Assembly (NCBI GenBank): GCA_965222605.1
Contig: OZ244960.1
Coordinates: 1,408,001-1,472,000 of the forward strand
DNA: 64,000 bases
Direction: 5' to 3'
DNA from: Candidatus Latescibacterota bacterium
GTDB lineage: Bacteria; Latescibacterota; UBA2968
The notes under the pieces: generated by a model
Told to the model about the DNA's origin: nothing
Databases searched by the model: none
What the model saw: the letters and a program-made list of their open reading frames with translations, nothing else
Position numbers and translations under genes: made by a program
Part shown: positions 40,151 to 49,265 of the stretch, in pieces
Layout of the letters: each line of letters begins with the position of its first letter
How positions within the stretch are numbered: the stretch's first letter is position 1

Positions 40151-40378
40151 GTGAAAAATCAAGAAATTACAATTTGCGTAACGCCAGAGGCTGCTCGTGT
40201 TTATCAGTCTGCATCAGTACAAGATCGGCAAAAATTAAATGTTTTGTTAAGTCTGCAATTGAGTGGTTTGAGAAAACCGGCACGTCCAATTGAAGATATT
40301 ATGCGCGAAGCCAGTGAAGAAGCGCGAAAAAATGGTTTGACGCCTGAAATATTGAAAGAACTGCTTAATGAGAAATAA
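40151..40378 (+). CDS. putative antitoxin
   Basis: 75 aa, EARKNGLTPEILKELL; overlaps the downstream PIN gene. Confidence 0.75.
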   Translation: MKNQEITICVTPEAARVYQSASVQDRQKLNVLLSLQLSGLRKPARPIEDIMREASEEARKNGLTPEILKELLNEK

Positions 40379-40790
40379 ATCGCGCTATGTATTCGATACG
40401 AATGTCATTGTTAGTGCTCTTCTTTTTGCCCAATCAACATCTGGTCGTTCATTAAAAATTGCGCTGAATCAAGGTGCGTTACTTCTTTCAGAGGCAGTCG
40501 CCGAAGAATTGGAAGAGGTGCTTCGAAGGGATCGTTTTGATCGCTATGTGAAAAGAGAAACACGCGAAGAATTTCTTCAATCACTCATTCAAAGCGCAAC
40601 ATTTATTGAAATAATAGCGCACATAGAGATTTGTCGAGACCCCAAAGACGACCAGTATTTGGAACTGGCAGTCAATGGTAAAGCGGACTGCATTATCAGC
40701 GGCGATGCAGATCTCATTGTTCTAAGTCCTTTTCGAGGAATTGACATACTGCCACCTCATGAATTTCTAATGACGCTCGGTCCCAAGTAG
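40368..40790 (+). CDS. PIN-family putative toxin
   Basis: VFDTNVIVSALL, CRDPKDDQYLELA, ISGDADL. Confidence 0.92.
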   Translation: MRNKSRYVFDTNVIVSALLFAQSTSGRSLKIALNQGALLLSEAVAEELEEVLRRDRFDRYVKRETREEFLQSLIQSATFIEIIAHIEICRDPKDDQYLELAVNGKADCIISGDADLIVLSPFRGIDILPPHEFLMTLGPK

Positions 40791-40880
40791 AGCACCTACC
40801 TCACATCTCCTGATATTGTGGGCGGGACTGCGGTCGTGATTCGTTTTTTTATCTCTGGTCATTCTGGGCCAATCATCCGT

Positions 40881-41078
40881 TGAGCGTATTTTGTCAAGCT
40901 ATTTTTCGTAGAATTAACGGACGAATCACAATGATGAAGTGCTGGCGCACTTGTACACCGCTCCACTGCCCATATCGCCTTGAGCGATATGCCCAATGCT
41001 AAAGCACCACACCATAAAACCAGAAGCCCTTCGCCATGCGACCCACACCTGAAGGATGTGGATTTTACGGGCTATTTG
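40881..41078 (-). mobile_element. orphan left end of the IS200/IS605 TnpB element
   Basis: Near-identical to 6128-6347 apart from a roughly 22-nt hairpin indel; same flanking TTAT; no tnpB or right end follows. Confidence 0.88.
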
Positions 41079-41084
41079 ATAAGA

Positions 41085-41113
41085 ACGCCCCGGCATTTTT
41101 GATGCTGGGGCGT
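41085..41113 (-). terminator. rho-independent terminator-like hairpin
   Basis: ACGCCCCGGCAT-TTTTG-ATGCTGGGGCGT downstream of the 41137 gene. Confidence 0.65.
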
Positions 41114-41136
41114 GTTCTTTGTGTTGGGCAATTGCG

Positions 41137-41410
41137 TCACGCATCTAACAGATGCTGAAATGCCTCAAGACTGACCACCTGAATCGCGGCGCGGTGCAAC
41201 TGCTTGAGGCGTTGCAAATCGTCGATGGCTGCAATGCGAGCAGATACAGGGTGTGACTCGTGCATATTAAATCGAATCTCTAACACTTCGAGGATATCTT
41301 CGAGCGTGCTTTTTCTTTCTCCTTGCTCAATGCCCTCCTCCCTGGCTTCCTCTCTGCTTTGTTGGGTAAGGGATTGAAAAAGAGATGATTCATTCGCGGA
41401 TGAGGTCCAT
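41137..41410 (-). pseudogene. standalone Rpn C-terminal (RpnS-like) small protein, frameshifted by a 4-bp duplication
   Basis: AAGGAG RBS + ATG 41410; removing one ATTC of the tandem ATTCATTC (41388-41395) restores MDLIRESSLFQSLTQQSREEAREEGIEQG... Confidence 0.75.
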
Positions 41411-41440
41411 GTGGGCTTCTCCTTGTAAAGTGTTTTATAC

Positions 41441-41790
41441 TCACTGACCGTTTGTTGTACTCCCATTTTGATCTTCTAAGGTAGCGCGTATGGCTTCTAT
41501 GTCAATATCCGGATGCATTTTTTTAACGATAGCAATGGTTTCCTCATGGCCTTTTCTTTGCCCATCCTGGAAGCGTTTTTCAAGATATCTTTCAGTCTCA
41601 GCACGGATTTTTTGAACTGGGACGATCGTGAGATTTACCCCCTCTATAATGAAGAATGCTAAAGTGATAGCCGAAAGACCTATGGATCCTATAATACTGA
41701 TTACCGTAATAATTGCATCGTAATCAGGTTCAGTAATTTTGTACCAATTGTACCAAAGGACCAGTGCCAGAGAAGAGACAAAGAACAGTA
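41441..41790 (-). pseudogene. 5'-truncated copy of the two-TM protein gene
   Basis: 41550-41790 matches 39146-39386 with 4 mismatches; cut at the junction with the glgB repeat; different C-terminus. Confidence 0.8.
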
Positions 41791-41930
41791 GCGACTCCAA
41801 ACGCTATGGCGGCAGCAACATGGGCAATCTCGGCACCGTCCAAACCGAACCCATCGCAAGTCACGGTCATCCGCAATCCCTGCAAATCACCCTCCCCCCA
41901 CTCGCTGCAGTCATATTCAAACCTGAGTAA
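41790..41930 (+). repeat. glgB 3' end, direct repeat copy 2 (gene fragment)
   Basis: Encodes [15 protein letters not shown]...[12 protein letters not shown]; about 91% identical to 29941-30081. Confidence 0.95.
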
Positions 41931-42102
41931 ACGACATACATGTTCTCCTTGCACATGAAGCATAACGTTAGTAAAATATCGACATAGAAAACTATATTGC
42001 GCTGATCTCTGTACTGTTTCAAACAATCTCTCCCCACAGTATCTCTTTCGTCATATAAAATTTTATTTTTTCTGGTTCCATACTCATAATTTGGGGGATA
42101 CA

Positions 42103-43152
42103 ATGTCCAGAAGTGCGAGCTTTCAAATCGCGGATGTAATGCTATTTAACCAGGATGTTTTGGAATTATATGATAGCTGGAAAACGCCAGATGTGATTGT
42201 TTCTGATGGAGTTTATGGTGTATCCGGCTTCAAGAAAGATGCCAAAGAGCCTTCAACACTAACAGCCTGGTATCAACCACACATTCAAGCCTGGTCCCAA
42301 CATTCTAGACCAGGTACGACACTCTGGTTTTGGAATACAGAAATCGGATGGGCTACAGTACACCCTCTTTTAGAACGCTCTGGATGGGACTATGTGTGCT
42401 GCAATATTTGGAATAAGGGCATACAGCATATAGCTGGAAACTGCAATCTTCCAGCTCTAAAAGGTTTTCCAATTGTCACAGAAGTCTGTGTACAATACGT
42501 TAGGCGTCCAGAATTTCAAGTTGACGACCAGATATTGACCTTGAAGAGATGGTTGCGATTTGAATGGGAGAGAACCCAACTCCCTTTATACAAAACCAAT
42601 CAAGCATGTGGCGTTGCCAATGCTGCAACACGGAAGTATTTTACAAAAGATCATCTATGGTACGCACCACCTCCCGAACTTTTTGCAAAACTGGTGTCCT
42701 ATGCAAATCAACACGGCGAGGAAAGTGGTAAACCTTATTTTTCCGTGGATGGAAAGGAACCGCTTACCCAAAAAACGTACGAACATTTCTTTGCGAAATT
42801 TAAGGGCAAATATGGTATAACCAATGTTTGGGAGCATCCTCCGCTTCACAATAGTGAAAGAGTCAGATTGCCAGGATCGTCAAAATATGCCCATCTAAAT
42901 CAGAAGCCGCTAAAGATAGTAAAAATGCTGCTGGAAGTATCGTCTGAGCCTGGTGGCATTATTTGGGAGCCATTTGGAGGTCTATGTACTGCTGGATTGG
43001 CTTCATATCTTACCGAAAGACACGCTTACTGCGCCGAAATTGAAAGTGAAATTTACCTGATAGCCGTTGATCGAATAAAGTCACATTCCATCCCACTACT
43101 TGACGTACAAAAAAATAAGACAAACAGAGGAGCCGTAGATGCCTATGCTTGA
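42103..43152 (+). CDS. DNA amino-methyltransferase (beta class, N6-A/N4-C)
   Basis: SDGVYG (variant motif IV), HLNQKP, IWEPFGG (motif I) in beta-class order. Confidence 0.85.
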   Translation: MSRSASFQIADVMLFNQDVLELYDSWKTPDVIVSDGVYGVSGFKKDAKEPSTLTAWYQPHIQAWSQHSRPGTTLWFWNTEIGWATVHPLLERSGWDYVCCNIWNKGIQHIAGNCNLPALKGFPIVTEVCVQYVRRPEFQVDDQILTLKRWLRFEWERTQLPLYKTNQACGVANAATRKYFTKDHLWYAPPPELFAKLVSYANQHGEESGKPYFSVDGKEPLTQKTYEHFFAKFKGKYGITNVWEHPPLHNSERVRLPGSSKYAHLNQKPLKIVKMLLEVSSEPGGIIWEPFGGLCTAGLASYLTERHAYCAEIESEIYLIAVDRIKSHSIPLLDVQKNKTNRGAVDAYA

Positions 43153-43240
43153 TGTTCCGATAAAGTTTGAACCAAACCCCGAATGGCCCCACTTCAAGAT
43201 GTGGGAGCGAATAGATGATATTATCTACTCAATTCCCGCT

Positions 43241-44707
43241 GGTCAAGTGCTATTTTTAGTTGAAATAATCGAGGCCGGTGGTTTCAATCAGCAGCAAGCG
43301 CGTCTTGCCAGTCTGTATCGAGTTTCAAGTCCTTCTGCAGTGCGCGCCTGAGCTTGGGCAGGCTTCGGAAGCCTTTAACCCTTCGCAAGCGCGGTTCAAT
43401 ATCCAACAGCGCAGTGGCTAACCAGCGTGTGCGTTGATTCGAGTTTGTCCATCGCTTCACATGAACGTGTCTGGAAAGCGACACGTTGTACACCATCCCT
43501 GGTGAGTTGTGCCACCATAGAGTTGAGGGACTCAATGCAGTTAGTGGTACGGAAAGACTGCTTCAACTGCGGCATGAGTCTTAGGCGATGCAGGCTCAGG
43601 GTTTCTTCAAGACCTTCTTCAAGGCTTTTTGTCGCGTCTTCGTTGATCAAAGTCAATTCAGGTTTAAGGGCATCAAGAGCAGCTTTAGCTTCCCGATAGG
43701 TGGGCAGATCGTAGGCATTTTGGAGGGTCTTTTTGATCTCATCTTGCTTTCCTTTAGGCAGATAGGAAATGACATTCTCACGTTTGTGCCATTGGCAACG
43801 CTGAATGACCACATAGCCATCAAGTGCCTTTGTAAGGGCAGCATACAAGCCTTTTGAGCCGTCAATAAGACACAGCAGGCCCTTGTGATAGACCAGATCA
43901 CGCTTTAGGAGGGACCGTATAAACTGTCGGCAGACACGCTCGTTCTCGGTCGCAGCCTGGACAAAGCCGAGGGGGATTTTGTCTCCTTCTATCGTTACGC
44001 CAAGGGCAATGATCATCTCCTGATCCGCAAAGGTCTTTCCATCTATAAATAGGGCGACGAGGTCATACTGTGCTAAAGAGCGTTCCTTGAACTGTTTCAA
44101 CTTTTGTGCCGACGCCTTGATAAAGCGTCTCGATACGGTAGATGAGGAGAGCCCAAAGGCTTCGGGTATCGCCTCAGCACAGGCTTGATAAGCGCGTGTG
44201 GCAATGCCTTTTATCATACGCAGGAGCAGCCCTTCATCCATCCTGCGGGGGTGCTGAAGATGATGATAGGTCTGTAAGGAGACTTCCTCATCGGTCACCA
44301 CATTACGTATCCTGGGAACAGGTATGGGCACTTTCTGATCGGAGAGATACACAGACCCTTGTTGACTGCCCCACCGACGATTGGGGTTTTGGGTGTCTTT
44401 GCGTGTGTATCTGTGACCTGCCAAGCGGGTCACTTCTTCTTGCAATTCTTCTGCCACGGCGTCTAATCCTAATGGGATCAAGGGCTAAGTCAACGCGATG
44501 CGTGTATCCAGTGCGCCCACTTCTTCTTCAAGGGGTGTCTCTGGCGTTGCATCGTCTTTGTGGATGGCCTTGACTTTGGGGGCTTTGTGCGATACTTTTT
44601 TCATCACGGGCTCCTTTGGTTGAGGACACAGCGTTTTCACGGTTGAATCTGCTGTATCCAATTTACATCGGAGCCTCTACTATTTCAACTAAGATAGGCA
44701 CATCGTC
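43241..44707 (-). mobile_element. IS256-family insertion sequence
   Basis: 8-bp target duplication TTCCCGCT (43233-43240 and 44708-44715); imperfect terminal IRs sharing TTAGTTGAAATA...GAGGC. Confidence 0.93.
43284..44604 (-). pseudogene. IS256 (Mutator-type DDE) transposase, inactivated
   Basis: LFIDG, LIDGSKGL, QRCQWHK, RTTNCIES motifs; in-frame TAG at 44487-44485 and a 34-bp frameshifting insert at 43464-43497. Confidence 0.9.
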
Positions 44708-45626
44708 TTCCCGCTCACTTCGAAACAGAATTGCTCATAAAAGGAATCAATGTCACTGATATATTTTCCGTTGGCAGCGCGTTTGCTTCAATTGTCGAAA
44801 ACCAAGTTGTAAATATACTCAATCGTTTGCGGAATATATGGGACCCGGATAGCGAATATGCTGATTATGCATTTGTTAGACAATCTCAGACTTTTCCCGA
44901 TGTTTTGCTGAGAGGTCTTAGAGATGAAAATGAGATACTATTCGGTATCGAACTCAAATCCTGGTATGTACTCAGCAAAGAAGGTGAGCCGAGTTTCAGA
45001 TATCAGGTGACGCCTGAAGCATGTGCTACTGCTGATTTCATTGTTATTATTCCCTGGCTATTGTCAGAAGTAATTTCAGGTACACCCAGACTTCTGATTC
45101 CGTACAAAGAATCGGCCAGATTTGCTGCTGAATACCGAAATTACTATTGGCAAAAATCACGCCAAGAGCGGGATCAAAATCCCGACATCCAAGCACCACC
45201 TGAAGAGTATAGACATCCTTATCCGAGCAGCAAACAAGAATCGTCTGATAAAGCCGCGGCAGATAAGGGTGGGAATTTTGGCAGAATTGCTAGATCAGGG
45301 ATTCTCGATGCGTTCGTAAACAAGATCAAATCGCTTGATTATTTGGGAATAAAAATTGGCCATTGGATTATGTTTTTAAAGGCGATTTCAGAAACCAGTA
45401 CAGACGAACAAATTGGCAAAAGACTACAAACACTAAAATCTCACATTCAGACTGATATAAGTGAATCTGAACAAGATAAAAAGAGCTTTGAGTATAAAGA
45501 GTCGTTCTTTGATTTAATACAACAACTTGAAGATCTATGGCAAAAATCTTCGTGAAACAGCCGTGGGTTCATCAAACGAGAACCCAATCTGATCGAACAA
45601 ACATCTCACATTCAAAAGAGGCTGCG

Positions 45627-46871
45627 ATGAACAACACCGCCACAATACACACCCGTGCCTGGGCGAGCGATGAAGCCCTCACTCTCACCTTTCCCGAAGG
45701 CTGGACTGTCGAGACCTTTGGTCCAAAGGAATGCTCTCAAGTGACCGCAGACCAGATCCAAACCGCCTTTGACAACCCCATCGGTACACCCCGGATTTCA
45801 GAACTCGCCAAAGGGAAAAACAGCGCCGCAATTATCGTAGATGACTTAAGCCGTCCCACACCGGCTGCCGAACTCATCCCTTACGTCCTCAAAGAACTCG
45901 ACGCAGCGGGCATTCCCAAAAATCAAATCCGCTTTGTCGTAGGTGGAGGGTCTCACCGTCCAATCGACCAGGAGGAAATCGACAAAAAAGTGGGGACTGA
46001 TATCGCCCGCGCGTATGAAGTCACGAACCACAACTTCATGAGCGGCGACCTTCGCGCACTGGGCAGTCTGGACAGCGGCCTGCCCATTTACATCGACAGA
46101 GTTGTCGCAGACGCCGACTTTAAGCTCTGCCTTGGCGGCATCTATCCCCATGGCAATGTGGGTTTTGGCGGCGGTGCCAAGCTCATCGTACCGGGCGTCT
46201 CGGGCTTTGCCACCATGTTCTACTTTCACACCTTTTACGCAAGTCGGGGACACGCCAATATTGAACGACAGGGCGACGAACCTGACCATCGAGACGCCGC
46301 CGAATCAGTCGCAAAAGTCCTGGGCCTCGATACCGTCGTCAACGTGACACTCAATCGCAAACGCCAGATCAGCGGTGTTTTTGTGGGCGACTTCATCCAG
46401 GCGCAGCGCACCGGTGCCCGATTCGCGCTAAAAACCTACGCAACCCAGGCACCAGAAGCAGAGCCTGATCTCGTCATTGCCAACTGCTATCCGCTCGACT
46501 ACGACCCCATTCAAACCGGCAAAGCACTCTGGCCGCTTCGGCTGTTCAAAAACGCCTACAAAGTCGCCATCAATCCAGCCACCGATGGGATATGTCACCA
46601 CGGATTATTCGATGAAATAGACTACGCGCGGTTTTGCAATCTGAAATCAGAACAGCCGCAACAAGAACTCCCCGAACCCAAAATCGAAGGCACGCACCAG
46701 ACCCTGATGTGGTCTGAAAACTTTCCGGTTGACGACTTTTACAAACGCAACCCCGACGGTGTCCTCTTCCGCGACTGGGACACACTCCGCAATCAACTCA
46801 TTGAAAAATTGCCCGATAATGCCCGCGTTGCCGTTTTTCCCAATGCGGCCATTCAAATTCCCAAAAAATAA
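45627..46871 (+). CDS. lactate racemase (LarA/DUF2088) domain protein
   Basis: NPIGTPR, IVDDLSRPTP, GSHRP, PHGNVGFGGGAK. Confidence 0.85.
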   Translation: MNNTATIHTRAWASDEALTLTFPEGWTVETFGPKECSQVTADQIQTAFDNPIGTPRISELAKGKNSAAIIVDDLSRPTPAAELIPYVLKELDAAGIPKNQIRFVVGGGSHRPIDQEEIDKKVGTDIARAYEVTNHNFMSGDLRALGSLDSGLPIYIDRVVADADFKLCLGGIYPHGNVGFGGGAKLIVPGVSGFATMFYFHTFYASRGHANIERQGDEPDHRDAAESVAKVLGLDTVVNVTLNRKRQISGVFVGDFIQAQRTGARFALKTYATQAPEAEPDLVIANCYPLDYDPIQTGKALWPLRLFKNAYKVAINPATDGICHHGLFDEIDYARFCNLKSEQPQQELPEPKIEGTHQTLMWSENFPVDDFYKRNPDGVLFRDWDTLRNQLIEKLPDNARVAVFPNAAIQIPKK

Positions 46872-47034
46872 GGGTCTAAAACGCAGAATTTTTCTTTTTT
46901 CAACGCGCCTATCATGCTATATTGGGCCAATGCAATTATTCAAAAAAATCACGCAAGAGAACGGGGAGGCATAAGGACCGGGGGAGATCCTTGTAAATCC
47001 CTTGTTCTCTTGCGTTATTATATTGGAGGTCACC

Positions 47035-47835
47035 ATGCTGACACAAGAACAAATCGACTTCTACCGCGAAAACGGATATCTCAAATGCGAAGCACTCTTT
47101 ACCCCTGAAGAGACCGCTGAACTCGGCTCGGAAATGGTTCGCATCATTGAAAACTGGGGCAATGAGTCCATTGGCTGGCGGGGACCCTGGCGCGATCGAT
47201 ACTTGCCCGAAGACGAACGCCTCAACACCAAAGCGGTCTTTATGCACAATCCCCACTTCTACTCCGCAACCTGGGGGCGCGCCATCTTTAACGAACGGCT
47301 CGTGGCCTGTGTAGAAGACCTGATCCGCGACACCGTTCAGTGGCACCACACCGTGCTCCATGCCAAACCGCCAGAACTCGGCACGCCATTTCCCATGCAC
47401 CAGGACTATCCCTTTTATCCTCACGACGGCCCCGATTTTGTCGATTGCTTGCTACACCTGGACGACACCCCAATAGAAAGCGGGTGCTTGCGCGTGGTGC
47501 CCGGCAGCCACAAAAAAGGCCCGCTCGTTCACGTCCTGGGTCCAGACACCTCTCCTCATCTGCCGCCAGACGAGTACCACCCCGACAAAATCGACTCCAT
47601 CTTAATCCCGGCAAAAGCGGGAGACGTCATCTTCTTTAGCTATCAGATCATTCACTGGTCCGATTGCAACCGCACCAACGAGTGGCGAAAATCCGTTCGC
47701 TTCGGCTACCACAGCACCCAAATGCAACCCGTGGGCCGCGCAGAAGACGATCCCTATCGCATCGACTCCAACAATATTTTGGAACGCAAAGACAGCACCA
47801 TTGTGTCCGGCTTTAGAATGAATGAAGTGAATTAA
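47035..47835 (+). CDS. phytanoyl-CoA dioxygenase (PhyH) family protein
   Basis: MLTQEQIDFYRENGY, MHQD, GCLRVVPGSH, HWS. Confidence 0.92.
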   Translation: MLTQEQIDFYRENGYLKCEALFTPEETAELGSEMVRIIENWGNESIGWRGPWRDRYLPEDERLNTKAVFMHNPHFYSATWGRAIFNERLVACVEDLIRDTVQWHHTVLHAKPPELGTPFPMHQDYPFYPHDGPDFVDCLLHLDDTPIESGCLRVVPGSHKKGPLVHVLGPDTSPHLPPDEYHPDKIDSILIPAKAGDVIFFSYQIIHWSDCNRTNEWRKSVRFGYHSTQMQPVGRAEDDPYRIDSNNILERKDSTIVSGFRMNEVN

Positions 47836-47846
47836 AGGGTTTACAT

Positions 47847-49115
47847 ATGAATAAACCCAACATCATCATCGTACTGGCCGACGACATGGGCTATGGCGAT
47901 TCCAGTGCGTATGGGGGCTGGATTGACACGCCTGCGATGGAACAAATGGCTCGCGAAGGACTCAAATTCACCGACTTTCACTCCAGCGGTGCCGTTTGCA
48001 GCCCCACGCGCGCCGGGCTACTCACCGGACGCTACCAACAACGCGCAGGCGTGCCCAAAGTGATCAGCGCCGACCCCAAAAACGCCGACTACTATGTGGG
48101 ATTGTATCCCTCTGAAATCACCTTTCCCAAACTGCTCAAAAAAGCCGGCTACACCTCGACCATCTTTGGCAAATGGCACCTCGGGTACGACAAAAAATTC
48201 AATCCCATGCACCACGATTTCGATCGCTTCCGCGGGTACGTCAGCGGCAACATCGACTACATCTCGCACTACGACCGAATGGAAATTTACGACTGGTGGG
48301 AGGGCCTTGAACACATCGAAGAAGGAGGCTATACCACACATCTCATCACCCAACATTCGGTACAATTCATCAAAGACCATAAAGACACGCCCTTTTGCCT
48401 CTACGTTGCACACGAAGCCGTACACACCCCATTGCAAGGACCCGACGACCCCGCCATTCGCGGTCCGGAAAAAGCGAACTTTCATCCCGACGATCCCAAA
48501 GAGACCTACTGCCAGATGATGAAAGCCATGGACGACAGCCTGGCTGAAATTATGAGCACAGTGCGAGAACTCGGCATTGAGGAAAACACCCTGGTCTTCT
48601 TTTTTTCCGACAACGGCGGCACCCGTCAAAATCCCGAATCCAATGCACCGTTGCGCGGGAACAAGGGCACAGTATGGGAAGGCGGCCACCGCGTGCCCGC
48701 CATTGCATGGTGGCCCGGAACAATTGCCCCCAACAGCGTCACCGACCAACTCGCCATCAGCCTCGACCTCTTTCCCACCATGTGCGACCTCGCCAATGCA
48801 TCTGCGCCCGACAACCACTTTGACGGCATCAGCCTTAAATCCATCCTCCTGAACGAGAGTGAACCAAATCCACGACAATTGTTCTGGAATGGCCTTGCCA
48901 TGCGCGACGACAACTACAAACTCGTAATCGACAAAGGCACACCGCATCTATTCGACCTATCCCCTGACATATCGGAAAGCAATGACCTCGCATCGCAACA
49001 ACCCGATCGCGTCCGGCAAATGTGCCATGCAATCGATGCCTGGAAACGAGACGTAGCCGATGGCGCAACACCGCAACCTGAACGCGATGCGAAAGCGAAC
49101 GCAAGTATAGTATAA
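47847..49115 (+). CDS. arylsulfatase (Cys-type sulfatase)
   Basis: PNIIIVLADDMG, CSPTRAGLLTG, GKWHLG, SDNG. Confidence 0.95.
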   Translation: MNKPNIIIVLADDMGYGDSSAYGGWIDTPAMEQMAREGLKFTDFHSSGAVCSPTRAGLLTGRYQQRAGVPKVISADPKNADYYVGLYPSEITFPKLLKKAGYTSTIFGKWHLGYDKKFNPMHHDFDRFRGYVSGNIDYISHYDRMEIYDWWEGLEHIEEGGYTTHLITQHSVQFIKDHKDTPFCLYVAHEAVHTPLQGPDDPAIRGPEKANFHPDDPKETYCQMMKAMDDSLAEIMSTVRELGIEENTLVFFFSDNGGTRQNPESNAPLRGNKGTVWEGGHRVPAIAWWPGTIAPNSVTDQLAISLDLFPTMCDLANASAPDNHFDGISLKSILLNESEPNPRQLFWNGLAMRDDNYKLVIDKGTPHLFDLSPDISESNDLASQQPDRVRQMCHAIDAWKRDVADGATPQPERDAKANASIV

Positions 49116-49265
49116 TATGGAGTGGATCATGGTCCTGAATGCACTCGCCGCAGGCGATACAGAGACAGTGCTCGCGGTGTAGATGGCGCATTGACTTATT
49201 GAGAGAGTCAGCGTTATATTCCACCATCTCAAAACTTTCGCCACAAAAAAAGAGGTAATAACGCT

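Larger units (their letters stand above)
43139..45555 (+). pseudogene. PD-(D/E)xK type II restriction endonuclease-like gene interrupted by IS256
   Basis: Removing 43241-44715 joins ...IYSIPA|HFETELLIKG... in frame; FPDVLL...GIELKSW motif; overlaps the MTase stop. Confidence 0.8.

Noticed and set aside
30082-45555. Complete DGR or integrative element in the island
   Set aside because: No reverse transcriptase, A-rich template repeat, Avd or integrase is visible in the window
49117-49182. Short ORF MEWIMVLNALAAGDTETVLAV, vaguely like a Uma2-family C-terminus
   Set aside because: Too short to assign without a search
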